Origin: Candidatus Methanomethylophilaceae archaeon
GTDB taxonomy: Archaea > Thermoplasmatota > Thermoplasmata > Methanomassiliicoccales > Methanomethylophilaceae
Assembly (NCBI GenBank): GCA_035271165.1
Contig: DATERX010000028.1
Location: forward strand, 1 to 64,000
DNA: 64,000 bases
Direction of reading: 5' to 3'
In this document: piece after piece, positions 47,197-57,089 of the stretch
How the letters are laid out: every line of letters starts with the position of its first letter
Position numbering within the stretch: position 1 is the first letter of the stretch
The notes under the pieces: model-generated
The model's database searches: none
Told to the model about the DNA's origin: nothing
What the model saw: only the letters and a program-made list of their open reading frames with translations
Made by a program: the position numbers and the translations under genes

Positions 47197-47466
47197 TCAG
47201 ATAAATGCTGTAACGACGATGGATATCGCTGATATGGCAATTAGCGATAAAGCTACGCATACCCATTTCATATCCTTCTTTATGATCAATGATATCGTCG
47301 TAGTGATAATTCCGAAAGTAGGCGATATTATAAGGATCAGGAGTCCGACCCAAAGCAACATCTCCCCGTAACCGAGGAACGCTACAACGAGGCCCGTGGC
47401 AGTTAGCAGTATTCCTACAATCGCCCCGCCCCACAAGGCTTTGGCGGTGGAACTGTACATGTTCAT
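47197..47466 (-). CDS. Small membrane protein (3 TM)
   Basis: 89 aa, entirely hydrophobic helices; 4-nt overlap with the TauE/SafE gene. Confidence 0.4.
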   Translation of the reverse strand: MNMYSSTAKALWGGAIVGILLTATGLVVAFLGYGEMLLWVGLLILIISPTFGIITTTISLIIKKDMKWVCVALSLIAISAISIVVTAFI

Positions 47467-48284
47467 AGGTACCCACCCACCTCTAAGACCATGATGACCG
47501 CGATGAAGAATAGCAACACCGAGAAATATCTCTTAAGCGGCCCACCGTCGATATAGGATGCGAGCTTGGTACCTAACACCGAACCTACAAATCCTCCCAC
47601 TGCTATGGCGCCTGCGAACATGAGGTCGACATCGCCCATCACGAAATACAATATCGCGCCAGTGAATGCCGTAATGCTTATCATGTAATTACTGGTGGCG
47701 GTAGCCGCCTTGATGGGCACTCCCATATGCATGTTCATTATGGGGATCTTGATCGTACCGCCGCCCATACCCGTCATCGAGGAGATGGTTCCCGCCAAAG
47801 TACTGGCCGCGGCCCCAGTACCGAGGTTCTTGACCTCATATCTCACCGTCTCGTCATTAACTTCGTCATAATATTCAGAAATGCGTCTCCCTTCCTCCTC
47901 GACGGGTTCGATAGAACGTTCCGGATTGGCCAACATCCTGTATCCGGAGATCACCAACACTATGGCGAAAACGATAGTCAATGCGAAATTACTGATATGA
48001 CTCGCAATCAAAACCCCGATGATGGCGCCGATGACCGTCGTGATCTCAAGGAATAATCCCAATCTTATGTTCGCGATACGTTTTCTGATGTATACCGAGG
48101 AGGCTCCGACCGAGGTGGCCACTATGCCCACCAGACTGATGGCCGCCGCATCCTTGGTAGTGAGCCCATATATGATAGTCAAGATGGGAACGATGATGAT
48201 CCCTCCTCCTATACCGAATATGGCGCCCATCACACCTGCCAGTAAGCCCACCAGTATCAATGAAGTCATCAGGACGGGGTCCAT
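47463..48284 (-). CDS. TauE/SafE (DUF81) family anion exporter
   Basis: Duplicated 4-TM halves with GIGGGIIIVP / GMGGGTIKIP motifs. Confidence 0.75.
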   Translation of the reverse strand: MDPVLMTSLILVGLLAGVMGAIFGIGGGIIIVPILTIIYGLTTKDAAAISLVGIVATSVGASSVYIRKRIANIRLGLFLEITTVIGAIIGVLIASHISNFALTIVFAIVLVISGYRMLANPERSIEPVEEEGRRISEYYDEVNDETVRYEVKNLGTGAAASTLAGTISSMTGMGGGTIKIPIMNMHMGVPIKAATATSNYMISITAFTGAILYFVMGDVDLMFAGAIAVGGFVGSVLGTKLASYIDGGPLKRYFSVLLFFIAVIMVLEVGGYL

Positions 48285-48367
48285 GGTGTCCGATTGGCAA
48301 TATCATATTAAGAATATGGCAAAGGATTATTATCGCGCCGTGTGTAATCCCCACCGTGTCATTGATA

Positions 48368-49204
48368 ATGGTCCGTTACTCTGAGATAGGTCTCAAGAGC
48401 ACGCCCGTGAGAATGAGGTTCGAAAACCAACTCAGGGATGCAATCCTCTCTATGCTGGCTGCCGATGGCGTCGAAGCCCTCGTCGATAAGGGGGATGCCC
48501 GTTTCTACGTCAGGACATCGGACAAGGACAAGGCGATAAGATCGCTCAAGAAGGTCTTCGGCATAGCCTCGCTTTCCGTCGCTAAGGTCACATCCTCCTC
48601 GATGGAGGACATATGTGATGCGGCCGCCGAATATTCAAAGGGACGCATATCCAAAGGTGAATCCTTCGCCGTCAAACCCCGGAGGGAAGGTTCCCAGCCG
48701 TACAAGAGCACGGACGTCGGAAGGGAGGCGGGTTCCGCGATATTCACTGCAAATGAACATCTGGGTACCTATGTGGACCTGACAAATCCTGACAAGATAT
48801 TCTTCATCGAGGTCAGGGAGAACAAGGCCTACATCTTCGACGAGTACATACGCTGTCACGGAGGCCTGCCCGTAGGGACGCAAGGCCGTGTCGTAGCAAT
48901 ACTTGGTGATGACAGGTCGTCATTATCCGCTTGGCTGATGATGAAGCGAGGATGCAGGATATCCGCGAAGGGCGAGGACACATCTGGAGTACTGATTTAT
49001 TACGACCCGGGAATTAGGTTCCTGGAGAAAGGTCAGGAAGACCATCGCGCGTTGGGATACGTTTTAGGGACTCCCTTGAAAGACCTGGATGGTGTGGACG
49101 TCTCGAAATACGATCTCCCAGTATATTTCCCGACGATAGGGATGTCCGATTCCAAGGTATCCGAAAAAATAGAGGAATTGAAAAAAGAAAGTAATTTGTT
49201 TTAA
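48368..49204 (+). CDS. ThiI-like THUMP-domain protein with degenerate PP-loop and short C-terminal domain
   Basis: IMVRYSEIGLKS start, then ferredoxin-like and THUMP regions (GGLPVGTQGRV). The expected SGGIDSPVA PP-loop is replaced by LGDDRSSLSA ahead of the conserved WLMMKRG; only ~95 aa follow. Confidence 0.55.
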   Translation: MVRYSEIGLKSTPVRMRFENQLRDAILSMLAADGVEALVDKGDARFYVRTSDKDKAIRSLKKVFGIASLSVAKVTSSSMEDICDAAAEYSKGRISKGESFAVKPRREGSQPYKSTDVGREAGSAIFTANEHLGTYVDLTNPDKIFFIEVRENKAYIFDEYIRCHGGLPVGTQGRVVAILGDDRSSLSAWLMMKRGCRISAKGEDTSGVLIYYDPGIRFLEKGQEDHRALGYVLGTPLKDLDGVDVSKYDLPVYFPTIGMSDSKVSEKIEELKKESNLF

Positions 49205-49233
49205 AGGGTTTGGATAAGGGATAAAATATCCCT

Positions 49234-49845
49234 TCAGTGTCTCATCGGGTCCTGCAAGCGTTTTCTCTCGCTTCTGCTGGCCCTGTGAGCCCTGACCGAC
49301 GGCCTCGCGTTCTCGGCACCCTTTCCGGTGTGCCTCATACCGCGGCCCTTCTGTCCCGCGGAAGTCTTTCCACGATACACACGGCCGGTGCTGCTGTTCT
49401 TGCAGATCCAGTTGATCTTGTTGTCCGCCATGATCACGGGGTGCGAAGGGTCAACGAGTATTACCTCATACCATTCGTACTGTCCATCGGCACCGACCCA
49501 ATAAGAGTTCAGTACCTCCATGTTGGGGAACCTCTTTGCGGACCTCTCCTCAGCTATGCGCTGTTGACTCTTTCCGCCAGTGATCTTGTTCATACCCATC
49601 CTTTTGGCCCTTCTTCCAGCCTTGATGGCCCTTTTGCCGGCGTTACCCTTCCTGACGCGGCCCCTTACGACAACGTATCCCTGCTTGGCCTTGAATCCTA
49701 GAGCTCTTGCCCTGTCAAGACGTGTAGGTCTCTCGATCCTGACGAAGTTCTCTTCCCTTCTCCAGAGGATCTTCCTTTCATAATTCAACTGTTTTACGTA
49801 GGATTTCTCGGGCACGTTCCATGCGTCGCCGATGTAGCTGTACAT
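49234..49845 (-). CDS. rpl15e: 50S ribosomal protein L15e
   Basis: MYSYIGDAW...[14 protein letters not shown] matches the eL15 N-terminus. Start placed at the internal Met (49845). Confidence 0.85.
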   Translation of the reverse strand: MYSYIGDAWNVPEKSYVKQLNYERKILWRREENFVRIERPTRLDRARALGFKAKQGYVVVRGRVRKGNAGKRAIKAGRRAKRMGMNKITGGKSQQRIAEERSAKRFPNMEVLNSYWVGADGQYEWYEVILVDPSHPVIMADNKINWICKNSSTGRVYRGKTSAGQKGRGMRHTGKGAENARPSVRAHRASRSERKRLQDPMRH

Positions 49846-50024
49846 GCTCTTTCCATTGACCGGACGTGCATTTTCCTGAATATTGTCAACCATTTGTATC
49901 ACCTTTTCGGATTCACCTTGTTACAGGCACATTTCCGCAGAGCAAATAATGCTCTATGTTTTCGTTATTGTCATTTACTATTTAATCATTGATGAAAACG
50001 GTTGCCAAAAATACATCACGTAAG

Positions 50025-50138
50025 ATGACCGACAGATGGGATATACCCTACTGTACCAATTGCGGATACGATATACCTAAGGATGTTTCCAACTGTCCTA
50101 GTTGCGGAGTTGACGATGAACTCACCCCTCAGGCGTAA
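50025..50138 (+). CDS. 37-aa zinc-ribbon mini-protein
   Basis: MTDRWDIPYCTNCGYDIPKDVSNCPSCGVDDELTPQA: CxxC-x10-CxxC. Lies divergent from polB, and the ORF track omits it because it is under 60 aa. Confidence 0.4.
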   Translation: MTDRWDIPYCTNCGYDIPKDVSNCPSCGVDDELTPQA

Positions 50139-50211
50139 CAACCGTTCTGTCGGTCATATCAATGATAATTTACGCGATTATCCGTTCTCGACGGCTCCAG
50201 CGTGGGAATCA

Positions 50212-52647
50212 TCAGAAGAAATCGTCCAGGACGGTCTTCTTGTTCCTTTTCGGCTGTTCGGAGGTTTTAGTAACATTCCTCTTCTTAGGTGCAGCGTCGG
50301 CATCAGGCTCGAAATCCATATCAAAGGTTGCCTGTTGACTGCCCATCATGAGATCCCGCTCGCTCCATCCGAAGACCTCCGTGATCCTTGAGGCGGTTTG
50401 TGCCAGACGTTCAGCATAATAGCGATAATCGGGGCGATACTCGAACTTCTTCCCGCTTATGAAGGGCTCCACCTGCTGAGGTACTATCGACCCATCGGTG
50501 ACAATCCATGACACCTTCATACCAGGTATGAACTCGTACCCTAGGGCCATCATCTTCCGTGCCGCCTGCACGTTGGCCATCCTATCAGGGTTCGCATAGG
50601 CGTCGACCCCCTTACAGGTTCTCGATATCACAAGTTCCCTGGGATCCACATTACCGCTCTGCGCGTTCTCCACGACCCCTCTGACATACGCAACCGCACC
50701 CTCGTTATCCTCGTCCAATATCTTCTCGAACAGGTTCTCGAGGAGCTCGCTCTGTAGGTCGAAGGAATCCGAACGGCGAATCTCATATCCGCGCACAAGA
50801 AGGTCGTCCTCCTTGTTCGGCCACACCACGCGACCGACGTATCTCTTTTTCTTACCGTGGGAGAACAGAGGTTCGATCAGTTTCTCGAACTCAAGTATCG
50901 CGCCCTCGGTAGTGAACTTCTCCGCCAGGGATTTTCCGAACGTGACGGAACCTTCAAGGTCGTTGGTGGGGGACTGTATGAACAGCGAGTCCGTATCCGA
51001 ATAGATCACGCCGATGTCGTCAACCTCTAATTCACGGATTATGCCTTTGACGTTACCTCTGGCGAAAGATGTGATGGCGGATCCGATGTTCTTGTCGGTG
51101 AATCTGTAGAACGAGGATGCAAAAACCCCGTAGAAGGTGTTCATAATGATCTTCACGGCCTCCTGGAGACCGTCAAGATAGTGGTACTCATGAGCGTCCT
51201 TTGTCAATTTCATCGAGGACCTGATCTCGTCCCTATGGGTCATCAGGTCCAAGAGGATGGCTGGAAGTAAGCCTTCGCGATGTTCCTTGGACAAGAATCT
51301 GGCTCCCGAAGGGCTTATTATTTCTCCGTCATCGGAAAGGGTGGTGAAACAAATGTTCTTGGAGATTATCAGGGAAGGGTACATGGATTTAAAGTCAAGG
51401 ACTACAACCCAGTGATAAAGTCCTGGTTTCATCATGTGGACATATCCACCTTCTATCTGGTCCCCCCTTGCACTTCTCCCACCCATCATAGGTATGCCGA
51501 CCTTATGCCGGTCGGCGGAACGGATCAGCAAGGAATCCACAAGCTGTGAGGATCCCGACGTCAGCACATCCTCCACGGGAAGTCTCGAAACGGCCGCCAG
51601 GTCCATGTTCTTCCTTATAGAATCGATCTCATGCAATATCCGGTATGCAAGTTCCGCGTCCTTGGTGCAGTATTCCAGGACCTTCTCTCTGTTGTCCCTC
51701 CATTCGGCGTCCATCTCCGAGGGGTTTACATCCATCTTGCCCTCGCCCAACAGTTGCATCGCAACGGCGTTGAGGGTCTCCTGCTTAGGTCGGAGCTCCA
51801 TCTTGGCAGCCCACCAGGCATCCACCACGAGCCTTCCGTTGACGCGCCAGAACCTGTTGCTTATCAGTTTGGGCTGACTGCCGTCCCTTCCCCAGGGCAT
51901 GGCATCGATGAAACCAATAGCATCCGCGCGTTCCTTTATCTTCTTTATATCGTAATTATCGATGTTGTATCCAGTCAGCACGTCCGGATCCTCTTTCCTT
52001 ATGAGGTCCGCAAACTTCTCGATGATCTCATGCTCGGAACCGGTGATGGGTTCGCACTCTCTCAACGGCCCGTCCTCGGATATGACCGCGCAGATACAAT
52101 ATAGATAATCATGTTCGATGCTGTTCTCCAGATCGAAGGACATGACCTTGATTGGAGGGGTGAACGGTTCAAGGTCCTCATGGTGGTCCATCTCCACGAT
52201 CAGGTCGGTAAAGTATCTGCCTGTGACCTCTTTACCTATGACTTTGAAACATGCCCCTAGGTCAAGATCGTATATGAATCTGAGATGGAACGGTATGTCC
52301 GCGGACAATATGGTGAAGCCGTCCTTTCTGGCCTTGTTCCTGTAGTCGGACATTTTGAAAGGATATTTCACCGTGATCTTCAACACGTCCTTCTGTTCGC
52401 CGAGGTACAAGAGTGTGTCGCGTTCTGTGGATATGACTTCCCTATCCAGCTTGATCTTGGTTTCAGCGGCAGGCGTGGGATCGATTATGTAGAAATATGG
52501 TTTGAAACCTCTTGAAAGGATCGTGATGGATTTCCCTTCACGGGTCCTCCCGTACAGTTCCATGACCGTATCTTCGCCTTCCTGTACGTAGGTGGCGGCC
52601 AATAATCTGACATCCCATGTTTTCATATTATCACTTGTTCGCAACAA
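50212..52647 (-). CDS. polB: Family B DNA polymerase
   Basis: Exo I FDLE(N), Pol motifs incl. YSDTDS; 811 aa, continuous, so no intein. Confidence 0.9.
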   Translation of the reverse strand: MLRTSDNMKTWDVRLLAATYVQEGEDTVMELYGRTREGKSITILSRGFKPYFYIIDPTPAAETKIKLDREVISTERDTLLYLGEQKDVLKITVKYPFKMSDYRNKARKDGFTILSADIPFHLRFIYDLDLGACFKVIGKEVTGRYFTDLIVEMDHHEDLEPFTPPIKVMSFDLENSIEHDYLYCICAVISEDGPLRECEPITGSEHEIIEKFADLIRKEDPDVLTGYNIDNYDIKKIKERADAIGFIDAMPWGRDGSQPKLISNRFWRVNGRLVVDAWWAAKMELRPKQETLNAVAMQLLGEGKMDVNPSEMDAEWRDNREKVLEYCTKDAELAYRILHEIDSIRKNMDLAAVSRLPVEDVLTSGSSQLVDSLLIRSADRHKVGIPMMGGRSARGDQIEGGYVHMMKPGLYHWVVVLDFKSMYPSLIISKNICFTTLSDDGEIISPSGARFLSKEHREGLLPAILLDLMTHRDEIRSSMKLTKDAHEYHYLDGLQEAVKIIMNTFYGVFASSFYRFTDKNIGSAITSFARGNVKGIIRELEVDDIGVIYSDTDSLFIQSPTNDLEGSVTFGKSLAEKFTTEGAILEFEKLIEPLFSHGKKKRYVGRVVWPNKEDDLLVRGYEIRRSDSFDLQSELLENLFEKILDEDNEGAVAYVRGVVENAQSGNVDPRELVISRTCKGVDAYANPDRMANVQAARKMMALGYEFIPGMKVSWIVTDGSIVPQQVEPFISGKKFEYRPDYRYYAERLAQTASRITEVFGWSERDLMMGSQQATFDMDFEPDADAAPKKRNVTKTSEQPKRNKKTVLDDFF

Positions 52648-53848
52648 TTTTTATGACGTCCCCGTCCTGCAGTATGTAATCTGCTCCGACGGTACGTTTT
52701 GTTTTCGCATTCACCGCTCTTATGAACTTGTCCCCCAAGTCTGAATGCACTTTGTAGGCGAGGTCCTTGGCATTGGAACCCCTAGGCATTAGGAAGGCAT
52801 CCGGTAGTATCCTTCCGAAATGGTCGGTGTATCTTCCATCGTCCTCTACAGGATAGACGGTGATCTGGTCCAACATCTCGAAGGTCGCATTCTCAAGGCA
52901 GTTCTGTATCCCAGTGCCTCCGAACCCTGATAACTTGTCGTTCATGAAATCGAGGGCTTTCCTCTGTGCATCGTTTAGCTTGGCGCCCTCTTTGATGGTG
53001 AATTGTTCATCTCCTGGAAGATATTCTATGAGACCGCCCGCGGCCGCCTTCTTCAGGGCCAGTTCCGTCTCCGCCATCGTAGGCGTGGAATTCTTGACGG
53101 AATCCCCGACTCTTTTTATGTTATCCTCGGAGGCTATGTCCGCTTTGTTCATGGCAATCATCGTCGGTCTGCTCAACACTCTGAGCTTGGCGCAGAACGG
53201 GAGTAGGAGCTCATCGTCCCAAAGCAACGGATCCTCGGGGAGGTTCGAGCTTCTGACGGCATCCTTTATCTGTCCCTCGGTGACCTTGAGACCGGTAAGC
53301 CTGTCCGCAAGGATCTCTTCCGGTTTCGTACCCTTCATCTTCGCCTGCCGGGCTATCCTCGAGAGTCCGTTCTTTATGATCTCCAGCATCCATCTATCAA
53401 TCTCCCTCTGAAGGAACGTCACGTCCTCCATAGGGTCGTGTGAGCCCAGGTCCACTGGATTTCCCTCTATGTCGGTGGAGCCGCTTACGTCTATAACATT
53501 GATTAAAGCGTCCGCCTGTCTGAGATCGTCCAAGAATCTGTTGCCTAGACCTTTTCCATCCCATGCATCAGGCACGAGCCCGGCCACATCCAGAAGTTCT
53601 ACAGGGATGAGACGTACCCCGTCAACACACTCGGAGTTATGGGGGGTACATTTCACGCCAAGTTCCTTGCAAGGGCAGGGAGACCTAACGTAACCCACTC
53701 CTTTGTTGGGTTCTATGGTCGTGAACGGATAATTGGCGATCTCCACGGGCGCCATAGTGGCTGCGCTGAAGAAGGTCGACTTGCCCACATTGGGTTTACC
53801 TACAATTCCGATTAACATTAAATCGATCCTGTATCCTCTCGCCGACAT
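52631..53848 (-). CDS. YchF/Ola1-type ribosome-binding ATPase with C-terminal TGS domain and a 4-Cys insertion in the G domain
   Basis: GIVGKPNVGKST, NYPFTTIEPN, GLGNRFLDDLRQADALINVIDV and C-terminal TGS (DGDVIKIV). Insert SPCPCKELGVKCTPHNSEC. Confidence 0.75.
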   Translation of the reverse strand: MSARGYRIDLMLIGIVGKPNVGKSTFFSAATMAPVEIANYPFTTIEPNKGVGYVRSPCPCKELGVKCTPHNSECVDGVRLIPVELLDVAGLVPDAWDGKGLGNRFLDDLRQADALINVIDVSGSTDIEGNPVDLGSHDPMEDVTFLQREIDRWMLEIIKNGLSRIARQAKMKGTKPEEILADRLTGLKVTEGQIKDAVRSSNLPEDPLLWDDELLLPFCAKLRVLSRPTMIAMNKADIASEDNIKRVGDSVKNSTPTMAETELALKKAAAGGLIEYLPGDEQFTIKEGAKLNDAQRKALDFMNDKLSGFGGTGIQNCLENATFEMLDQITVYPVEDDGRYTDHFGRILPDAFLMPRGSNAKDLAYKVHSDLGDKFIRAVNAKTKRTVGADYILQDGDVIKIVANK

Positions 53849-54636
53849 TTTACATTTGTCGTATATGAGTGCACACAGTTAGAAAGTTCGGCGATCATCT
53901 CAGGCGATAAATCCTCTATCCTGTTGTCTAAATATGGGAGTTCGGCGTCCTTTTCTATGATCCTCGCGTTTTTTAGGGAAGTACCGATCTTCTTCCGCCT
54001 GTGGGTAAAACATAAGTCTACGATCTTGAAGAACAGCCTCTCGTCCTCGAGGGAATAAGGCGGCGCGCGTGGTGTCAAAGTGACTATCGCGGAATCGACC
54101 TTTGGCCTCGGATCGAAACGTGATGCCGAAACGGTCTCTATAATCTCGCAGTCGGCCTTGTGATATATCCCAATCGTGAGTCTGGAGTAATCCTTGGTGT
54201 TCGGCACAGCGTCCATGCGGTCCGCGAACTCCTTCTGGACCATAACGACCGCCCTTCTGAAATCATGTTCCAGAAGTTTGAATATTATGGGGGTGGATAC
54301 GCTGTACGGAAGATTGCTCACGAAGACGTCGAACTCAGGCCATTCGACCTTCAGCGCATCCCCGTGTATGAGCGTAAGCCCATCCTTGAACTCCTTACCG
54401 ATGTAATCGGCTAGTTTATTGTCAAGCTCGATGCATGTGACACTATCACTGACATCAACGAGTCTCTTTGTTAGGATGCCGAAACCAGGACCTACTTCCA
54501 GTACCCTGTCATCCCTTGAGATTCCAGCATATTCGATCTGACGGTCGGCCGTGTCCACGTCCGTAAGGAAATTCTGTCCCTTCTCCTTCTTGGGGATGAG
54601 GCGTGTTTCGTTAATCAGACGTCTGGTTTCGCTCAT
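53818..54636 (-). CDS. ksgA: 16S rRNA (adenine1518/1519-N6)-dimethyltransferase KsgA/Dim1
   Basis: QNFLTD start motif, SAM motif EVGPGFGILT and catalytic NLPY. Confidence 0.85.
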   Translation of the reverse strand: MSETRRLINETRLIPKKEKGQNFLTDVDTADRQIEYAGISRDDRVLEVGPGFGILTKRLVDVSDSVTCIELDNKLADYIGKEFKDGLTLIHGDALKVEWPEFDVFVSNLPYSVSTPIIFKLLEHDFRRAVVMVQKEFADRMDAVPNTKDYSRLTIGIYHKADCEIIETVSASRFDPRPKVDSAIVTLTPRAPPYSLEDERLFFKIVDLCFTHRRKKIGTSLKNARIIEKDAELPYLDNRIEDLSPEMIAELSNCVHSYTTNVKCRREDTGSI

Positions 54637-55181
54637 TTTGAAACGAAGATATAGCGCTTCATGTCGCGTTCAGAGATTTCCATGACTATCCGTGCAGCCA
54701 GCATTTCAGCTGGGTTCTTAACTAAGGGGACTCTCTTGGCCAGGTCCTCGTAACTTTTGAACTTCTCTATGTTGCGCTCTTTCAATACTGCATCCAGGCT
54801 CTTCTTGCCTAGACCGGGTAATTCCTCAAGTGCGTGTTTGCGCATGGATATGGGCCCCGCCTCGTTATAGAAGCGCAGGAACCTATCAGGTGCGGATTTC
54901 ACGATATCCTCCACAGCATAAACGAGTTCGGTCTGAGCGGTATTGGTCAGCTCCTCGTATCCGATACGCCTTTTGATGTGATCGACTTGCGTACGCTTGG
55001 ACTTATTCTCTCCGACGTAGACCCGATCACCCATGGTGATGGGTTCTTTAGCCTTAGGCACTATCTCGAAAATCTTGAATTCAGATTCGCCGATACCGAA
55101 ACATATCGACTCTTTTTTAGAATAACCTCCGCTAGGCATACCCTGCGGTAGATAATCAATTATGCGTACGTATTCTTCCAC
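54633..55181 (-). CDS. DUF655-family RNA-binding protein (conserved partner in L21e-Rpo4-DUF655-KsgA operon)
   Basis: N-terminal OB-like region plus helix-hairpin-helix (LEELPGLGKKSLDAV); the operon position is conserved across archaea. Confidence 0.65.
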   Translation of the reverse strand: MEEYVRIIDYLPQGMPSGGYSKKESICFGIGESEFKIFEIVPKAKEPITMGDRVYVGENKSKRTQVDHIKRRIGYEELTNTAQTELVYAVEDIVKSAPDRFLRFYNEAGPISMRKHALEELPGLGKKSLDAVLKERNIEKFKSYEDLAKRVPLVKNPAEMLAARIVMEISERDMKRYIFVSK

Positions 55182-55205
55182 GGTGATCCCTGACAGAGTA
55201 CCTGG

Positions 55206-55544
55206 TTACAGGTATTTAGCGACTATCTCTAAGATCTGGTTGATAGACTCCAGTTCTAGATTGACTCTCTCTTTAGAGAAGATCGCACGAAGGTCCACCG
55301 GATATCTGGGAAGCACGTCCGCTATTTTAACGGCTGTATAATCAGTGACCACAGAAATCTCTCTCAATTCCTCGATGAGATTATCCGTATCATCTGCGGT
55401 GAGACTGGTAACGGCCTGAGCATGCTCAAGCGCGGCGTTCTGCGTCACAAGGAGTCCTCTAGCCTCTTTATCATTCTCTAAAAGTTCTCCGACCCTTGCT
55501 AAACTAACGTAATTTTCAACCATCATTCTCACCTGTTGTCTCAT
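55206..55544 (-). CDS. rpoF: DNA-directed RNA polymerase subunit Rpo4 (F)
   Basis: ~112 aa helical protein at the conserved position after L21e. Confidence 0.65.
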   Translation of the reverse strand: MRQQVRMMVENYVSLARVGELLENDKEARGLLVTQNAALEHAQAVTSLTADDTDNLIEELREISVVTDYTAVKIADVLPRYPVDLRAIFSKERVNLELESINQILEIVAKYL

Positions 55545-55548
55545 CCGT

Positions 55549-55851
55549 TTACAAAACGTTCCTTACGAGGTGCTCGGGCCTGGCTACAACCATCTTCATC
55601 TTGTTGCCTGACATCACATTCACTTCGTATGCGGCTCCTCTGGAACCGACGACGATTCCTGTAAGGCCGTGGAACCTTGAGTAAGGCATGCCCTTGTGTA
55701 CACTGGGATCTATCACAATATTGACCCTTTCACCGGACTCGAAGATCTGGAGGCCCTTTGTGATAGGCGAAAGACCGCGGGCTCTACTTTTCTTCTGGAG
55801 TTTATGCCGGGTCTTTGTCCTTGTTCCTTTGGATGCTTTCATCTCATTCAC
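55549..55851 (-). CDS. rpl21e: 50S ribosomal protein L21e
   Basis: KGTRTKTRHKLQKK...FHGLTGIVVG matches eL21. Confidence 0.85.
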   Translation of the reverse strand: MNEMKASKGTRTKTRHKLQKKSRARGLSPITKGLQIFESGERVNIVIDPSVHKGMPYSRFHGLTGIVVGSRGAAYEVNVMSGNKMKMVVARPEHLVRNVL

Positions 55852-55859
55852 ACTCTGAT

Positions 55860-57080
55860 TTATTCATATTTGATTGCCAACACGTCCAATTCTTGGACAA
55901 CGCAAGGGACTCCGAGGGAATCTGAGAAGTTAGGCACACTCCTCCCCCCGTCTCCAGATACAAACTCTTTGACGTATGTTCCGGATTCCGTCTCAAGCGT
56001 AAGGTCGAAGGTATATTCATCGACCAGTTCAACCTCGACCCAGCGGATCCCCCTGTTTCTAACCAGGTCGGCACGTCTGTGCGCAACTCGGACGGGAGTC
56101 CTCTGATCAACGCGAACATCCTTGAACGTTAATGCTACCTCAATTAGTTTATCCATATTAACTTTACTCTCAGCCCTTACTCGTGCAAGATACACCTTGT
56201 CGGGGTCCGAGCCTTTGTAAAGCTTGACCGTATCGCGTTCGGTGAACTGTAATGAGTTATACTGTGCCAGCTCTGATTGGTTAGCCCTGTTCTGTAGCTC
56301 TTCAAGATCTATTTTCCTGACCTTGGGGCTGCTGATTTCAAGGACAAAGGGCCTTCCGTCGCCCAACATGAGCGCATCTATGTCCTCGCGACCCATCCCG
56401 TGGAAGAAATGTTCCTCCCCGCCAGCCATCTCGAGGGCGATATCCCCTATTATCTCCTGTACGGATGTGTGATACATCTTGCCCACACCATCGCAACGGG
56501 GACAACCTTTGCCCCTGCAGGATCTACACGGCCATATGGTCTGAGGTATCTCCCTGCTTAACTTGTTGTAACGTCCTGATATGAATATCGGTTTGATATC
56601 GAGTTCCACGTCGGCGAACCTCGTGTCGATACATGCGACGACCTGGGGGTCCGAGAACTCCACCCTGCGCTGCACCAAAGGTCCCGAAAGTTTACCGATC
56701 TCCCTGTTCAGCTCGGTTTTGATACTCTCACTCTTCTCCAATCCAAACTCCTCGACAAGTTCCTTCTCCATCGAGATTATGATGGGATCCACCTTGGTCC
56801 CGATCAGGAAATCGTCCGATTCCACCGTATGCACGATATCGGATACGGCCTCCGCGAAGCGTGGTAGCAGGTCGAAGATGTTCCCGCACAGCGGACACAC
56901 CTCCTTAGGTGGCAGGTCCATATCCTTTGATATCAGCGTACCGCGGAGCATGTCGCCGCGTACGTCATTGGTCATGCCGGTCCCTTCCTTCCCGAACATC
57001 CGTCCGAGGCAGCGGTTACAGAGACCGCGTTCAGCCAGTCTTTCCGCCTTTTCTATATTGATTTCTATCCAGTCGTCCAT
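55860..57080 (-). CDS. pus10: tRNA pseudouridine(54/55) synthase Pus10
   Basis: N-terminal CxxC zinc/THUMP region (CNRCLGRMFG...CPLCG) plus a catalytic pseudouridine-synthase domain; 406 aa. Confidence 0.75.
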   Translation of the reverse strand: MDDWIEINIEKAERLAERGLCNRCLGRMFGKEGTGMTNDVRGDMLRGTLISKDMDLPPKEVCPLCGNIFDLLPRFAEAVSDIVHTVESDDFLIGTKVDPIIISMEKELVEEFGLEKSESIKTELNREIGKLSGPLVQRRVEFSDPQVVACIDTRFADVELDIKPIFISGRYNKLSREIPQTIWPCRSCRGKGCPRCDGVGKMYHTSVQEIIGDIALEMAGGEEHFFHGMGREDIDALMLGDGRPFVLEISSPKVRKIDLEELQNRANQSELAQYNSLQFTERDTVKLYKGSDPDKVYLARVRAESKVNMDKLIEVALTFKDVRVDQRTPVRVAHRRADLVRNRGIRWVEVELVDEYTFDLTLETESGTYVKEFVSGDGGRSVPNFSDSLGVPCVVQELDVLAIKYE

Positions 57081-57089
57081 TTCAAAGCC

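Noticed and set aside
50212-52647. Intein in family-B DNA polymerase
   Set aside because: The 811-aa length is normal and the Pol motifs (including YSDTDS) are contiguous. There are no intein splice-junction blocks.
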